A stretch of 64,000 nucleotides of DNA, from IMG/VR virus record IMGVR_UViG_3300011008_000040, positions 8,738-72,737 of that record, one strand, 5' to 3'. The notes below the pieces were generated by a model. That model did not search any database, was not told the origin of the DNA, and worked only from the letters and a program-made list of their open reading frames with translations. The position numbers were made by a program, and so were the translations under genes. The stretch's first letter is position 1, and every line of letters begins with the position of its first letter. This document shows positions 56,571 to 64,000 of the stretch, one piece after another. Origin of the DNA: a virus (Duplodnaviria; Caudoviricetes).

Positions 56571-57275
56571 TTACCTCTTATCTACCTTGTCTGACTTGTA
56601 AGCAACACGACCATCATCCCAAATACCACTTTTCACTCTATCCATATCGTAGCCCGGATCTGCGAGAGCTGTGTGAACACCATACTCTCCTCTCTTGGCT
56701 ACGAATTTTATTACCTTTCCAGAGGGAGAAGAAATATTGGCAACTTTTGTATTCATGATTTCAGCGAGCTTCTGGTTGTACTCATTCATGTACCGTCTGC
56801 CCTTACGCTCATTCTCGGATTTGATAGCATACTTCCGGTCTAACTGCTTAGTTTCTTTCCGCATCTCGCGCTGAGATTGTTTAAAAGCTTTATCGTGGAT
56901 CTTAGTAGCATTACGTCTGACCCACCGATCATCGGCTTTCTGGTAATGACGTTTCCCAGCTGGAGTAAGTGTGCCATCCGCATTTTGAAATCTTCGAACT
57001 CCCCATTTCTGACCACGAATACCATGATGCTGAAGTTCTCCGGTCTTAGGTATATACTTAGAAAACCTATTCTCTTCTCCAACAGTAAAGTCCTTAAAAC
57101 TCATTCCGTATTCTTTCATACGTTTGAGAATAGCCTTCGCCAATTCCTCTTCGTATTTAGGAGTAACATAGTTAAAGAATCGAATAGCCGATCTGACATG
57201 ATCTGCATCCGGCATAGGATACTTCTTCAGCTCAGGAATACCGTATTTCTTTTCATCTTCTATGCGAACTTCCAT
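56571..57275 (-). CDS. HHGxRGQKWGVRR-motif protein D (motif internal)
   Basis: N-terminal YGIPELKKYPMPD..HVRSAIRFF domain, then LQHHGIRGQKWGVRRFQNADG. Confidence 0.75.
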   Translation of the reverse strand: MEVRIEDEKKYGIPELKKYPMPDADHVRSAIRFFNYVTPKYEEELAKAILKRMKEYGMSFKDFTVGEENRFSKYIPKTGELQHHGIRGQKWGVRRFQNADGTLTPAGKRHYQKADDRWVRRNATKIHDKAFKQSQREMRKETKQLDRKYAIKSENERKGRRYMNEYNQKLAEIMNTKVANISSPSGKVIKFVAKRGEYGVHTALADPGYDMDRVKSGIWDDGRVAYKSDKVDKR

Positions 57276-57405
57276 TGCTGAGTTCCTCCTTTTCCGGATC
57301 ATCATTCTTGATCATAATAATAAACGCGCATGCAAATAGAATTGCTAGCTCTACAACATGAAGAATTAGTGAAACAATAACATGAATTAATGGTATTTCA
57401 ATCAT
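57253..57405 (-). CDS. Small membrane peptide, 50 aa (not in the ORF track)
   Basis: MIEIPLIHVIVSLILHVVELAILFACAFIIMI...; AGGTG RBS. Confidence 0.45.
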   Translation of the reverse strand: MIEIPLIHVIVSLILHVVELAILFACAFIIMIKNDDPEKEELSNGSSHRR

Positions 57406-57483
57406 ACTGCATTCACCTATTCTTTCTGTTTAAATCCGAGTTTCACGGTTGCCCAGGGGGTGGACAGTCGTGGTTTCCACATT

Positions 57484-57621
57484 TGGCGGTTGTAAAATAG
57501 AACGCAATCGGTTATCAATCACATTCCGCAGACTGAGCCGCTGCAGTTTTCTAAGCTTTGACGGTTATAAAACTACGACTGATACAGGTATCTGTCATTT
57601 GGAACTGAGCCGACGCAGTTT
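57484..57621. ncRNA. Two tandem copies of an unidentified pseudoknot-like RNA motif
   Basis: CGGTTRTAAAA...ACTGAGCCGNYGCAGTTT at 57484-57550 and 57560-57621. Confidence 0.55.
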
Positions 57622-57784
57622 GTATAAAAGTCCGTTCGTATATCAGCTTCAATGAGAGGCTTGAACGGCTCTGTCTGAATTTAGTTTACTTAATAATCGC
57701 TTCATCTCAGATTGTTAAGCATAGGAAATTGCGATTGCAATTACAATTAGCATAAATTCCATTCCTAGGATAAAACTACCAAAG

Positions 57785-58063
57785 TCAAAGTCTTTCATGT
57801 TTCTTTCCCAAAAGATACGTTTCCAAAATCTTTATACAGTCTCCATGTGATTGATATGCAGAACAAATTGTATTGAAAGCGTCATCAAATAATTCTTTAG
57901 GCACAACATCCTCTGCTGGAAGTTCCTTTATTGCATCAACAGGTACAGCATCAACACTACAAATACGATATCCACCTGTTTCATAAATCTTATCTTCAAA
58001 AATTTCTGAAAACTTTAGAACATCATTACGCTTAATGTATTCGTCAACCATCTTATACCTCAA
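57785..58063 (-). CDS. Hypothetical protein (YIKRxD family)
   Basis: MVDEYIKRNDVL...IKELPAEDVV. Confidence 0.65.
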   Translation of the reverse strand: MRYKMVDEYIKRNDVLKFSEIFEDKIYETGGYRICSVDAVPVDAIKELPAEDVVPKELFDDAFNTICSAYQSHGDCIKILETYLLGKKHERL

Positions 58064-58064
58064 A

Positions 58065-58253
58065 TTATTTCACCAAACACTTACCTAACCACTTTGGAAT
58101 CTCAAACAGCACTCTATATCTATATGCCAAGAAATACTGATTTGCTATTCCTACCGTGTGATGGTAAACATGTAAGTACTTCATCCACTTCATACACTTA
58201 CATCTGTTACATACTTTATATCGACATTGACCATTGGAATAGAAGCACTCCAA
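58065..58253 (-). CDS. Small Cys-rich protein
   Basis: 62 aa ORF. Confidence 0.45.
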   Translation of the reverse strand: MECFYSNGQCRYKVCNRCKCMKWMKYLHVYHHTVGIANQYFLAYRYRVLFEIPKWLGKCLVK

Positions 58254-58375
58254 ATAATATGCTGATTGTTAGTGTCATAAGCACAATGCGAACACCTGTA
58301 TCCTGTGACTATTTGACCGGCTACATAGTCCACATAATATGACATATAACAATTGCATTTCGGGCATCTTTCCAT
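58190..58375 (-). CDS. Small Zn-ribbon protein
   Basis: CPKC...CSHC; GAAAGGA RBS. Confidence 0.6.
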   Translation of the reverse strand: MERCPKCNCYMSYYVDYVAGQIVTGYRCSHCAYDTNNQHIIWSASIPMVNVDIKYVTDVSV

Positions 58376-58424
58376 GATTTGTCCTTTCGTCTACTTACAT
58401 TATCTTACGCAACTGCTTCGAATT

Positions 58425-58519
58425 ATCGGTTGTAAAACTCCCTAACCACACATCCGCAAACGTGTACAGCATTTTTGCACTGTTAAGTCAGGCAAGTCAA
58501 AACTGAGCCGATGCAGTTT
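58425..58519. ncRNA. Third copy of the pseudoknot-like RNA motif
   Basis: ATCGGTTGTAAAAC...AAACTGAGCCGATGCAGTTT. Confidence 0.55.
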
Positions 58520-58710
58520 GTTAAACGGAGAAACCGCCATCTGCACTTCCGCTAAAATTATAGCCAAGCCTTCTCCCAACAGCTATAATGTGCTCTATGC
58601 CATCCGATTTTAATAGCCTCGCACTAGGGCTTTGACAAGATAGAGCGTCCCTTAATAAATCGCCGTCAAGTGTGCTCGAAATTAAACCTGACGGAGGAGT
58701 TTTAATTAAA

Positions 58711-58866
58711 TTAACCGATCAGAGCAAGAAGAGCATTATACTGTTCTTCAGTAAGACGATTTGCTGCAAAATACACGTCGATCTTATCTTTCAGTTCTTC
58801 CAGCTTCTCAGTCTGACCGCTCTTCTTATAGCGATTAATCAGAGTAACACAAAGATTGTAAGTCAT
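58711..58866 (-). CDS. Small tail-fibre-associated protein, XkdX/CD1375-like, 51 aa (not in the ORF track)
   Basis: MTYNLC...KIDVYFAANRLTEEQYNALL; GGAGG RBS. Confidence 0.65.
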   Translation of the reverse strand: MTYNLCVTLINRYKKSGQTEKLEELKDKIDVYFAANRLTEEQYNALLALIG

Positions 58867-58868
58867 TT

Positions 58869-59204
58869 TTACTCCTCCATAAATAATTCAAGCATGCAGA
58901 TTCTTTCTTCATGATCTGCTGCTAATTCAAGTAAAAGGTCATCAAGATCTTCTTCTGGTTCTTCAGAAGGCTCTGTCCATGCAGCAGCCCGTGTAAACCA
59001 AGTATCAAAATTCTCAGCTGTAATCTCAGGACGAGTAAGGGTCTGCATATAAGCTTCATCACATACCCAATAAGTATATGTTTCGCCTTCTTCAGTGGCT
59101 TCTACCTCACGAATGTCCTGCCTAAGCCAAATGTCAAAAATATTCCCTCTCGCTTCAATATGAATCGGAGAAGGCTCCTGACTGGATTGCATTACGCAGC
59201 GCAT
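58869..59204 (-). CDS. Putative tail-fibre chaperone/assembly protein
   Basis: Acidic, ends DLLLELAADHEERICMLEL; typical gene downstream of a fibre. Confidence 0.55.
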   Translation of the reverse strand: MRCVMQSSQEPSPIHIEARGNIFDIWLRQDIREVEATEEGETYTYWVCDEAYMQTLTRPEITAENFDTWFTRAAAWTEPSEEPEEDLDDLLLELAADHEERICMLELFMEE

Positions 59205-60382
59205 AATAGTTGTCTCCTATCTTCTAAACTAATATTGTATGAAGCCATTTTGACTGTATACGCCACCAGTACAGACTGAATCTGCTTCTGGATTTTCAAA
59301 AATCTAATGAGCGCATGCTTCAAATAGCCATAGTAGGAAGTAACTCTTCTGGACATTTTCAAAGAGGATTTCTTTGTCCATATCCTGATGAAAGCTCTTC
59401 TCGCTCGTCTGAAGATTCTATGACGTACTTTGATTCTTCCATTTGCATGAATAACAAAGCCCATCATGTCGATTGCTTCTTTAGCATGATTTTTCACATG
59501 CCAGGTCTTAATAGAAATACCTAAAGAATCCAGCATATAATTCTCTACTCTTTTCATAGCTGTGAACAAATTCCTTCTATCATTACCGACAATCAGGAAG
59601 TCATCCATATAGAAAAGCGTGTGCAAAACTAAGCGAATTCTAGTCAGTCTTCTATACTTATGGAGGGTTTCAATAAAGCGATAAACATATGAAAGCATAT
59701 AATTGCATAAAAATTGACTCAGCAAACTACCAATTAAGAGTCCTACACCGTTTAAACCATGATACTTCAGCAGCTCTTCGACACACCAAAGGAGCTTCTT
59801 ATTCTTTCCAATATCTCTGCTCAGATGATCCATAATGATCTTATGCTGAAAACTGCCAAAGCAATTATTCACATCACCTTTGCAGAAATATTTGAAAGTT
59901 CCTTCCTTAACCCATTTCTGAATCTGTTTCGCACCGGAAACTTGACCTTTACCTTTAATGGACGCATACTGATGAAAGCAGATTTTCTTCCTCCAAAGTT
60001 CGTCCATACAGCCAACAACTACATGTTCCATAACTTGCTGCATAATAGACTCGAGAGCAATATTTCTAACTTTCCCGCTCATGCCATCTTTTCTTTTACT
60101 GATTTTAGGCTGCTCTAAATTCAGATTCTTATCCTCAAATCGCAAAGAAATATCGACGGCTATCAATCTAATTGCAACGTCAAGCTTGTCGCCAATAGTA
60201 TGTTCTTTTGCCATTGCACGAATTTCTTTCGGAGTATAGGAAGGAAACTTACAATATCCTGATACAAATGTAGAGTAATCTTTCCTGTCAATTTTGTCTA
60301 AAACGCAATCTCTGATAAATGGCTCAATAAATAAAATGTCCATCGGATTAACGTTCTTACAATATGTTTTCGCTTTACTCAC
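59192..60382 (-). CDS. DGR reverse transcriptase
   Basis: YFCKGDVNNCF, GLLIGSLLSQ, YMDD, DMMGF; adjacent TR/VR pair. Confidence 0.95.
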   Translation of the reverse strand: MSKAKTYCKNVNPMDILFIEPFIRDCVLDKIDRKDYSTFVSGYCKFPSYTPKEIRAMAKEHTIGDKLDVAIRLIAVDISLRFEDKNLNLEQPKISKRKDGMSGKVRNIALESIMQQVMEHVVVGCMDELWRKKICFHQYASIKGKGQVSGAKQIQKWVKEGTFKYFCKGDVNNCFGSFQHKIIMDHLSRDIGKNKKLLWCVEELLKYHGLNGVGLLIGSLLSQFLCNYMLSYVYRFIETLHKYRRLTRIRLVLHTLFYMDDFLIVGNDRRNLFTAMKRVENYMLDSLGISIKTWHVKNHAKEAIDMMGFVIHANGRIKVRHRIFRRARRAFIRIWTKKSSLKMSRRVTSYYGYLKHALIRFLKIQKQIQSVLVAYTVKMASYNISLEDRRQLLCAA

Positions 60383-60609
60383 CCTCCTAAAACAATAATC
60401 TTTTGAAATCTCGGAGACTTTCGGTCCTATCTACTAGCCTCATCCATGCCCATTCTATAAACCAACACGGTTACTACCCGGCATAAATCCCTCTGCCTCA
60501 AATCAAGCAGTTAGGCGTTTAATCGACACATTTTCGCCGCAGCGAGGAATTGCATTGCGAAGCTCGGGTCAGAGCCATCCCTATTTGTGTCAAAAATTTA
60601 TTTCATAAT

Positions 60610-60725
60610 CCGACCACCGATGTTCCAGTTCGTGTTGCCCAGATTGTTGTTACCATTAGCACAAGACAAACCAGCATTAGCATTGTTGTTCAAGTTGCCG
60701 TAAGCTTGCCACTCACGTGAGCCAC
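60610..60725 (-). repeat. DGR template repeat (TR)
   Basis: 116 bp, 12 AAY codons in the VR frame, non-coding; matches the VR except at adenines. Confidence 0.95.
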
Positions 60726-60796
60726 CGATCGGTGCAAATGCAATCCCAAAAAGTAAACTAAATTTAATTAACTATTTTGATCTATAATAAGGTAAA

Positions 60797-60815
60797 GGGC
60801 TGCGCCCCTCTGGGC
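60797..60815 (-). promoter_or_regulatory. GC-rich hairpin just downstream of the target gene (DGR homing element candidate)
   Basis: Minus strand GCCC-AGAG-GGGC-GCA-GCCC. Confidence 0.5.
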
Positions 60816-60819
60816 TTGC

Positions 60820-62715
60820 TTACGCCGCCCATTCACCCCGATTACCGGTAACCGAAAGCCGACCACCGATGTTCCAGCGCGTGTAGCCCAGATAGAGGTC
60901 ACCAACAGCACAAGACAAACCAGCATAAGCACCGTAGTTCAAGGGGCCGTAAGCTAGCCACTCACGTGAGCCACTAGTTCCTGCTTTTTCAATATAGCAA
61001 CTATCTCTTGTAAGCGTAGTGGAACTACCGCCAACCATGCTCGGATACATAACTTCCGGAAGATTTGGATCGTGTCCAAGTCTAGCTACACTCATCCATG
61101 CATTTGCAGACATACCAGTATTCGGGAATCCATAACTTGCCTGTACATAATCAGATGTAATACTCTCGGCAATCTTTGAAGCATCTCTGCAAACTGCAGC
61201 TCGTTCAACAGATACTCCATCAACTGTAGCATAGTTAAGAATTGCATCACCGATAACTGCATAACAGCCAACCAGAATCTCAATACCCTGAAGACGTACC
61301 GGGTATTTTGAACTTGATGGATTAATACCACCGTCATTGCCAAGACAGTCATCAGTTGAACCACTAAACCACGGCATTGTCAGAACATGATCAGATGTGG
61401 TAGTATTAAATGTCGTACCGCCATTGTCAATGTTAAGAGCCGTGTAATTTGTACCGCCAACATTTACTGTCTCGATAGAAGTAATTTTCTTCCTATCAAC
61501 TGTCTGAGTAGCAGCTCTTGCCGTTCCACCAAATGAAATTGTAGAACCAACCACAAAATTTGCTCCCTGAGCCGTCGTAACAAGAATTCTCTCAACTCCG
61601 GTCTCAGCAACTGCAACGGCATAATCATAGTTGTAGCTAACACATCCTGCCAGAACAGAGTCAGAATCGAGTCGACCGTACTTAAGGTACAGCATGATTT
61701 TAAGAAATGCATCGTCGGCAGTTGTATAACCGCAATACTGATTGCTCCATGCAGTTCTAACTCCAGATCTCTGACCATTATGTGAAACGGTATAAACTAA
61801 AGGAGCCTGACCAGAACAGCAAGTATATCCAGGACCGAAGAAGTACTTTGTATGAACAACCCAGGACCGAACAGAATTATCAGTTAACCGTACAGCTTCA
61901 GGAAGCGGATAATAACCATAAGCATTCTCAATATCGGTATACATATATGTATATCCACCATCAGCATCATCTGAATATTTCAGCCAGCCTGTAGCCTGAA
62001 GAACGCCAACAATTTTTGTGGGGTCATTCCGAACAAAGTTTCCGCAAATACCATCAATTGCTGTAATATGCGGTTCACCATCACTATCAAGGTAAACATT
62101 GCAGTCTACGATTGCAAACAAAGGAAGCTCTTCATAGTCATCTGTATTCTTTACAGCATTAGTTGAAGGAGTACAAGTCAGTCCTGCATTATCGCCGATC
62201 TTTGTTCCCGTCGATATAGTATTAGTAGAAGGATTAGCAAACTTCACACCACCGGTCCAACCAGTACGAGCATACTTATACCAAGTATCACAGAGAGAAG
62301 TGACATCAGACATCGCATTACAGCCATGCTCTGAAAAGAATCTCTTCATTGCTGATTTATAGCTAGAGCCTTCTATCATGACTGGAATTAATCTGGCATC
62401 AATCGCATCTCCGGTTGCTTTTGCATCTGCCGCCATACCAGAAGTGCTCAAAGAAGTATCTGTACCAAGCTGGATCATGGACTCAATAGATTGGACAATA
62501 TCATTCTTTCTCTCTTCAAGACTATCTATTGATTCCTGAGCACCAGCTACAATACCCTCTGCACGATTCTCCTGACCGTCAAGAAAATTAGACACATCGC
62601 TCATGATTTGGTCAGCATCTTCAGGAAGCGTCGTGCTAAATATTGCTGAACCTCTATAGGTTCCTGTCAGTGGATCTTTAATTTTCCACGCATCTTTTTT
62701 CATAGTAATTGACAT
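60820..62715 (-). CDS. DGR target: tail-fibre/adhesin-like protein with a C-type lectin-like C-terminus
   Basis: TDTSLSTSGMAADAKATGDAI fibre motif; C-terminal VR ending G.R. Confidence 0.88.
   Translation of the reverse strand: MSITMKKDAWKIKDPLTGTYRGSAIFSTTLPEDADQIMSDVSNFLDGQENRAEGIVAGAQESIDSLEERKNDIVQSIESMIQLGTDTSLSTSGMAADAKATGDAIDARLIPVMIEGSSYKSAMKRFFSEHGCNAMSDVTSLCDTWYKYARTGWTGGVKFANPSTNTISTGTKIGDNAGLTCTPSTNAVKNTDDYEELPLFAIVDCNVYLDSDGEPHITAIDGICGNFVRNDPTKIVGVLQATGWLKYSDDADGGYTYMYTDIENAYGYYPLPEAVRLTDNSVRSWVVHTKYFFGPGYTCCSGQAPLVYTVSHNGQRSGVRTAWSNQYCGYTTADDAFLKIMLYLKYGRLDSDSVLAGCVSYNYDYAVAVAETGVERILVTTAQGANFVVGSTISFGGTARAATQTVDRKKITSIETVNVGGTNYTALNIDNGGTTFNTTTSDHVLTMPWFSGSTDDCLGNDGGINPSSSKYPVRLQGIEILVGCYAVIGDAILNYATVDGVSVERAAVCRDASKIAESITSDYVQASYGFPNTGMSANAWMSVARLGHDPNLPEVMYPSMVGGSSTTLTRDSCYIEKAGTSGSREWLAYGPLNYGAYAGLSCAVGDLYLGYTRWNIGGRLSVTGNRGEWAA
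60859..60974 (-). repeat. DGR variable repeat (VR)
   Basis: 16 mismatches to TR, all at TR adenines; encodes GSREWLAYG...WNIGGR. Confidence 0.95.
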
Positions 62716-62739
62716 GTCATTTCACATCCTTATTAAATT

Positions 62740-63162
62740 TCAATGCCGCCAAGGGCATGTGTCATTAGGAACTCTATCTATCTCTGCTTTAGTAAGAAGA
62801 TCTGCTGTTCCATAATGGATTGCATTGTGCGTGTTATGACTGACACAGATCAGATTCTCTGGGTCAAAAATAAAAGACGATTCATCTATGATGTCTCGTT
62901 CTGTTATAGGATTTAAATGATGAAGAATTACTCGCTTATTAATTGGAAAATCTGGATGCGCTAAATCACATCCATTATCTCGAATAATAAGTTCTCTTCT
63001 TAATCGCTGCCATCTCGGATCACGCTGGTAAAAAGTTTGATTCAGATAACGATCGAATCCGAATGTTTGCTGCCCTATTACAGATGTAATTTTGCAATAC
63101 TCAAACCGTTCTTCAAATGATCGTATTTTGACTAACTCCGAGTAAGTGAGAAATTTACTCAT
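62740..63162 (-). CDS. HNH endonuclease (packaging-associated)
   Basis: LHHLNP...NL...HNTHNAIH. Confidence 0.8.
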   Translation of the reverse strand: MSKFLTYSELVKIRSFEERFEYCKITSVIGQQTFGFDRYLNQTFYQRDPRWQRLRRELIIRDNGCDLAHPDFPINKRVILHHLNPITERDIIDESSFIFDPENLICVSHNTHNAIHYGTADLLTKAEIDRVPNDTCPWRH

Positions 63163-63506
63163 TCGTCATACTCCTGGCCAACATCATCAAACTGACCATT
63201 GTATCGTCTAAATGCAGCAATGGCTTCTGTGTACAATTCTTCAACATGCTTTGCTGATTGTAGTGCTTCTGTCTTTGCAGTAAGCAACTTGATCTGCTCC
63301 TGCATCATCTCTTTCTCCATACGTTCTTTAGTCGAACCGAGTTTGAGGTAATGCGTAATCACTTGAGAAGATGCTGTTCCTTCTCTTAATTGTTTTTCGG
63401 CGAGATTAACTGCAAGTGAAATAAGCTGATTTTCACGAGCTTCTGGAGTCAAAGCTGAAGTGTATTCAGTGGTTGACTCAACCGATCGCTTTGCTACTTT
63501 CGGCAT
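63159..63506 (-). CDS. Putative terminase small subunit
   Basis: 115 aa helical protein upstream of the HNH gene; positional inference. Confidence 0.5.
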   Translation of the reverse strand: MPKVAKRSVESTTEYTSALTPEARENQLISLAVNLAEKQLREGTASSQVITHYLKLGSTKERMEKEMMQEQIKLLTAKTEALQSAKHVEELYTEAIAAFRRYNGQFDDVGQEYDE

Positions 63507-63602
63507 ACTTCTCGCCTCCTTGCTAGTAGTTTCGATCTGATTGCAACTAGTTTAAGGAGGGTCTCTTTATACTTCTTAGATAGTTTCCTCCTATTTTTCT
63601 TT

Positions 63603-63818
63603 TCATCCCATTTCTGATTCTTCTTGAATTGGATCATATCCACTATGATAAAAATTGCATCGAGATGGCGGGAGGGTACATTTTATTTGCCTTTCCCGAG
63701 CATAATGCGAGCAATTTTTACAAGGCCTCTCTTTATTAATTCGCTCAACGTCTTTCAACTTTTCGGCGAGTCTTTCTTTTGCTCCATAAGAAACTGAGCG
63801 ATCTTGCGTTGGTGACAT
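63603..63818 (-). CDS. Small Cys-rich protein
   Basis: 71 aa, CKNC..C..C; GAGG RBS. Confidence 0.55.
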   Translation of the reverse strand: MSPTQDRSVSYGAKERLAEKLKDVERINKERPCKNCSHYARERQIKCTLPPSRCNFYHSGYDPIQEESEMG

Positions 63819-64000
63819 TTTTAAATTTTCTCCTCTTTTAAATAATTTTTACATTATTTGCAGAGACGCAGGGGAAAGAGAATAAGATGAACTGAAACAA
63901 TGAGACACTGATCGAAAGGAAGATCAAAAAGAATCAGATAGCAAGAGTCACACAGATCCAAATGAAGAAGGTTCCGCCTAAACATGAGACAAGAGAAACC

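Larger units (their letters stand above)
1..64000 (-). mobile_element. Temperate siphovirus-type phage genome segment
   Basis: Terminase, portal, capsid, tail, tape measure, lysis, integrase and replication genes in phage order; no host genes seen. Confidence 0.97.

Noticed and set aside
57440-57470. CTGGGCAAC on the minus strand resembling an HDV-like ribozyme or ZTP riboswitch 3' end
   Set aside because: The required P1/P3/L3 or upstream aptamer pairings could not be built
59192-60382. RT as a retron, group II intron or Abi RT
   Set aside because: The SQ motif and an adjacent adenine-specific TR/VR pair identify it as a DGR RT; no intron domains or msr-msd seen
1-64000. CRISPR array
   Set aside because: No regularly spaced identical repeats with unique spacers; the cassette and RNA motifs are irregular and degenerate
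1-64000. Stop-codon reassignment
   Set aside because: Core genes are full length in the standard code; TAA, TAG and TGA all end genes
63820-64000. Purine-rich non-coding end with a repeated TGAGACA as a cos/pac site
   Set aside because: Plausible by position upstream of the putative TerS, but truncated by the window edge and with no diagnostic sequence

Overview
The whole 64 kb window is part of a temperate, long-tailed (siphovirus-type) dsDNA phage genome. No host housekeeping genes are visible. GGAGG ribosome-binding sites and sigma-A-type promoters suggest a Bacillota host, probably Clostridia (inference). Almost all genes are on the minus strand. Read right to left: putative TerS and HNH (63.5-62.7 kb); a diversity-generating retroelement (tail-fibre-like target with VR, a 116-bp TR, and an RT with a YMDD motif; all 16 TR/VR mismatches fall at template adenines; no avd visible); structured non-coding blocks with a three-copy pseudoknot-like motif; four HHGxKGQxWGVRR-motif proteins around TerL, one followed by an apparent immunity gene; portal; protease-scaffold-capsid fusion; tail genes with three major-tail paralogues; tape measure; FN3-rich tail tip; endolysin and holin; a split phosphoesterase tail fibre beside a second tyrosine recombinase; integrase with a candidate attP; an array of promoter-cargo-terminator cassettes, two carrying aberrant tRNA-like RNAs; many small early genes, including a 0.6-kb inversion that splits a ThyX-like gene and a degenerate dUTPase; a helicase-primase-exonuclease-PolB fusion; and an SSB. 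All product calls come from motif recognition by eye; no database search was run.
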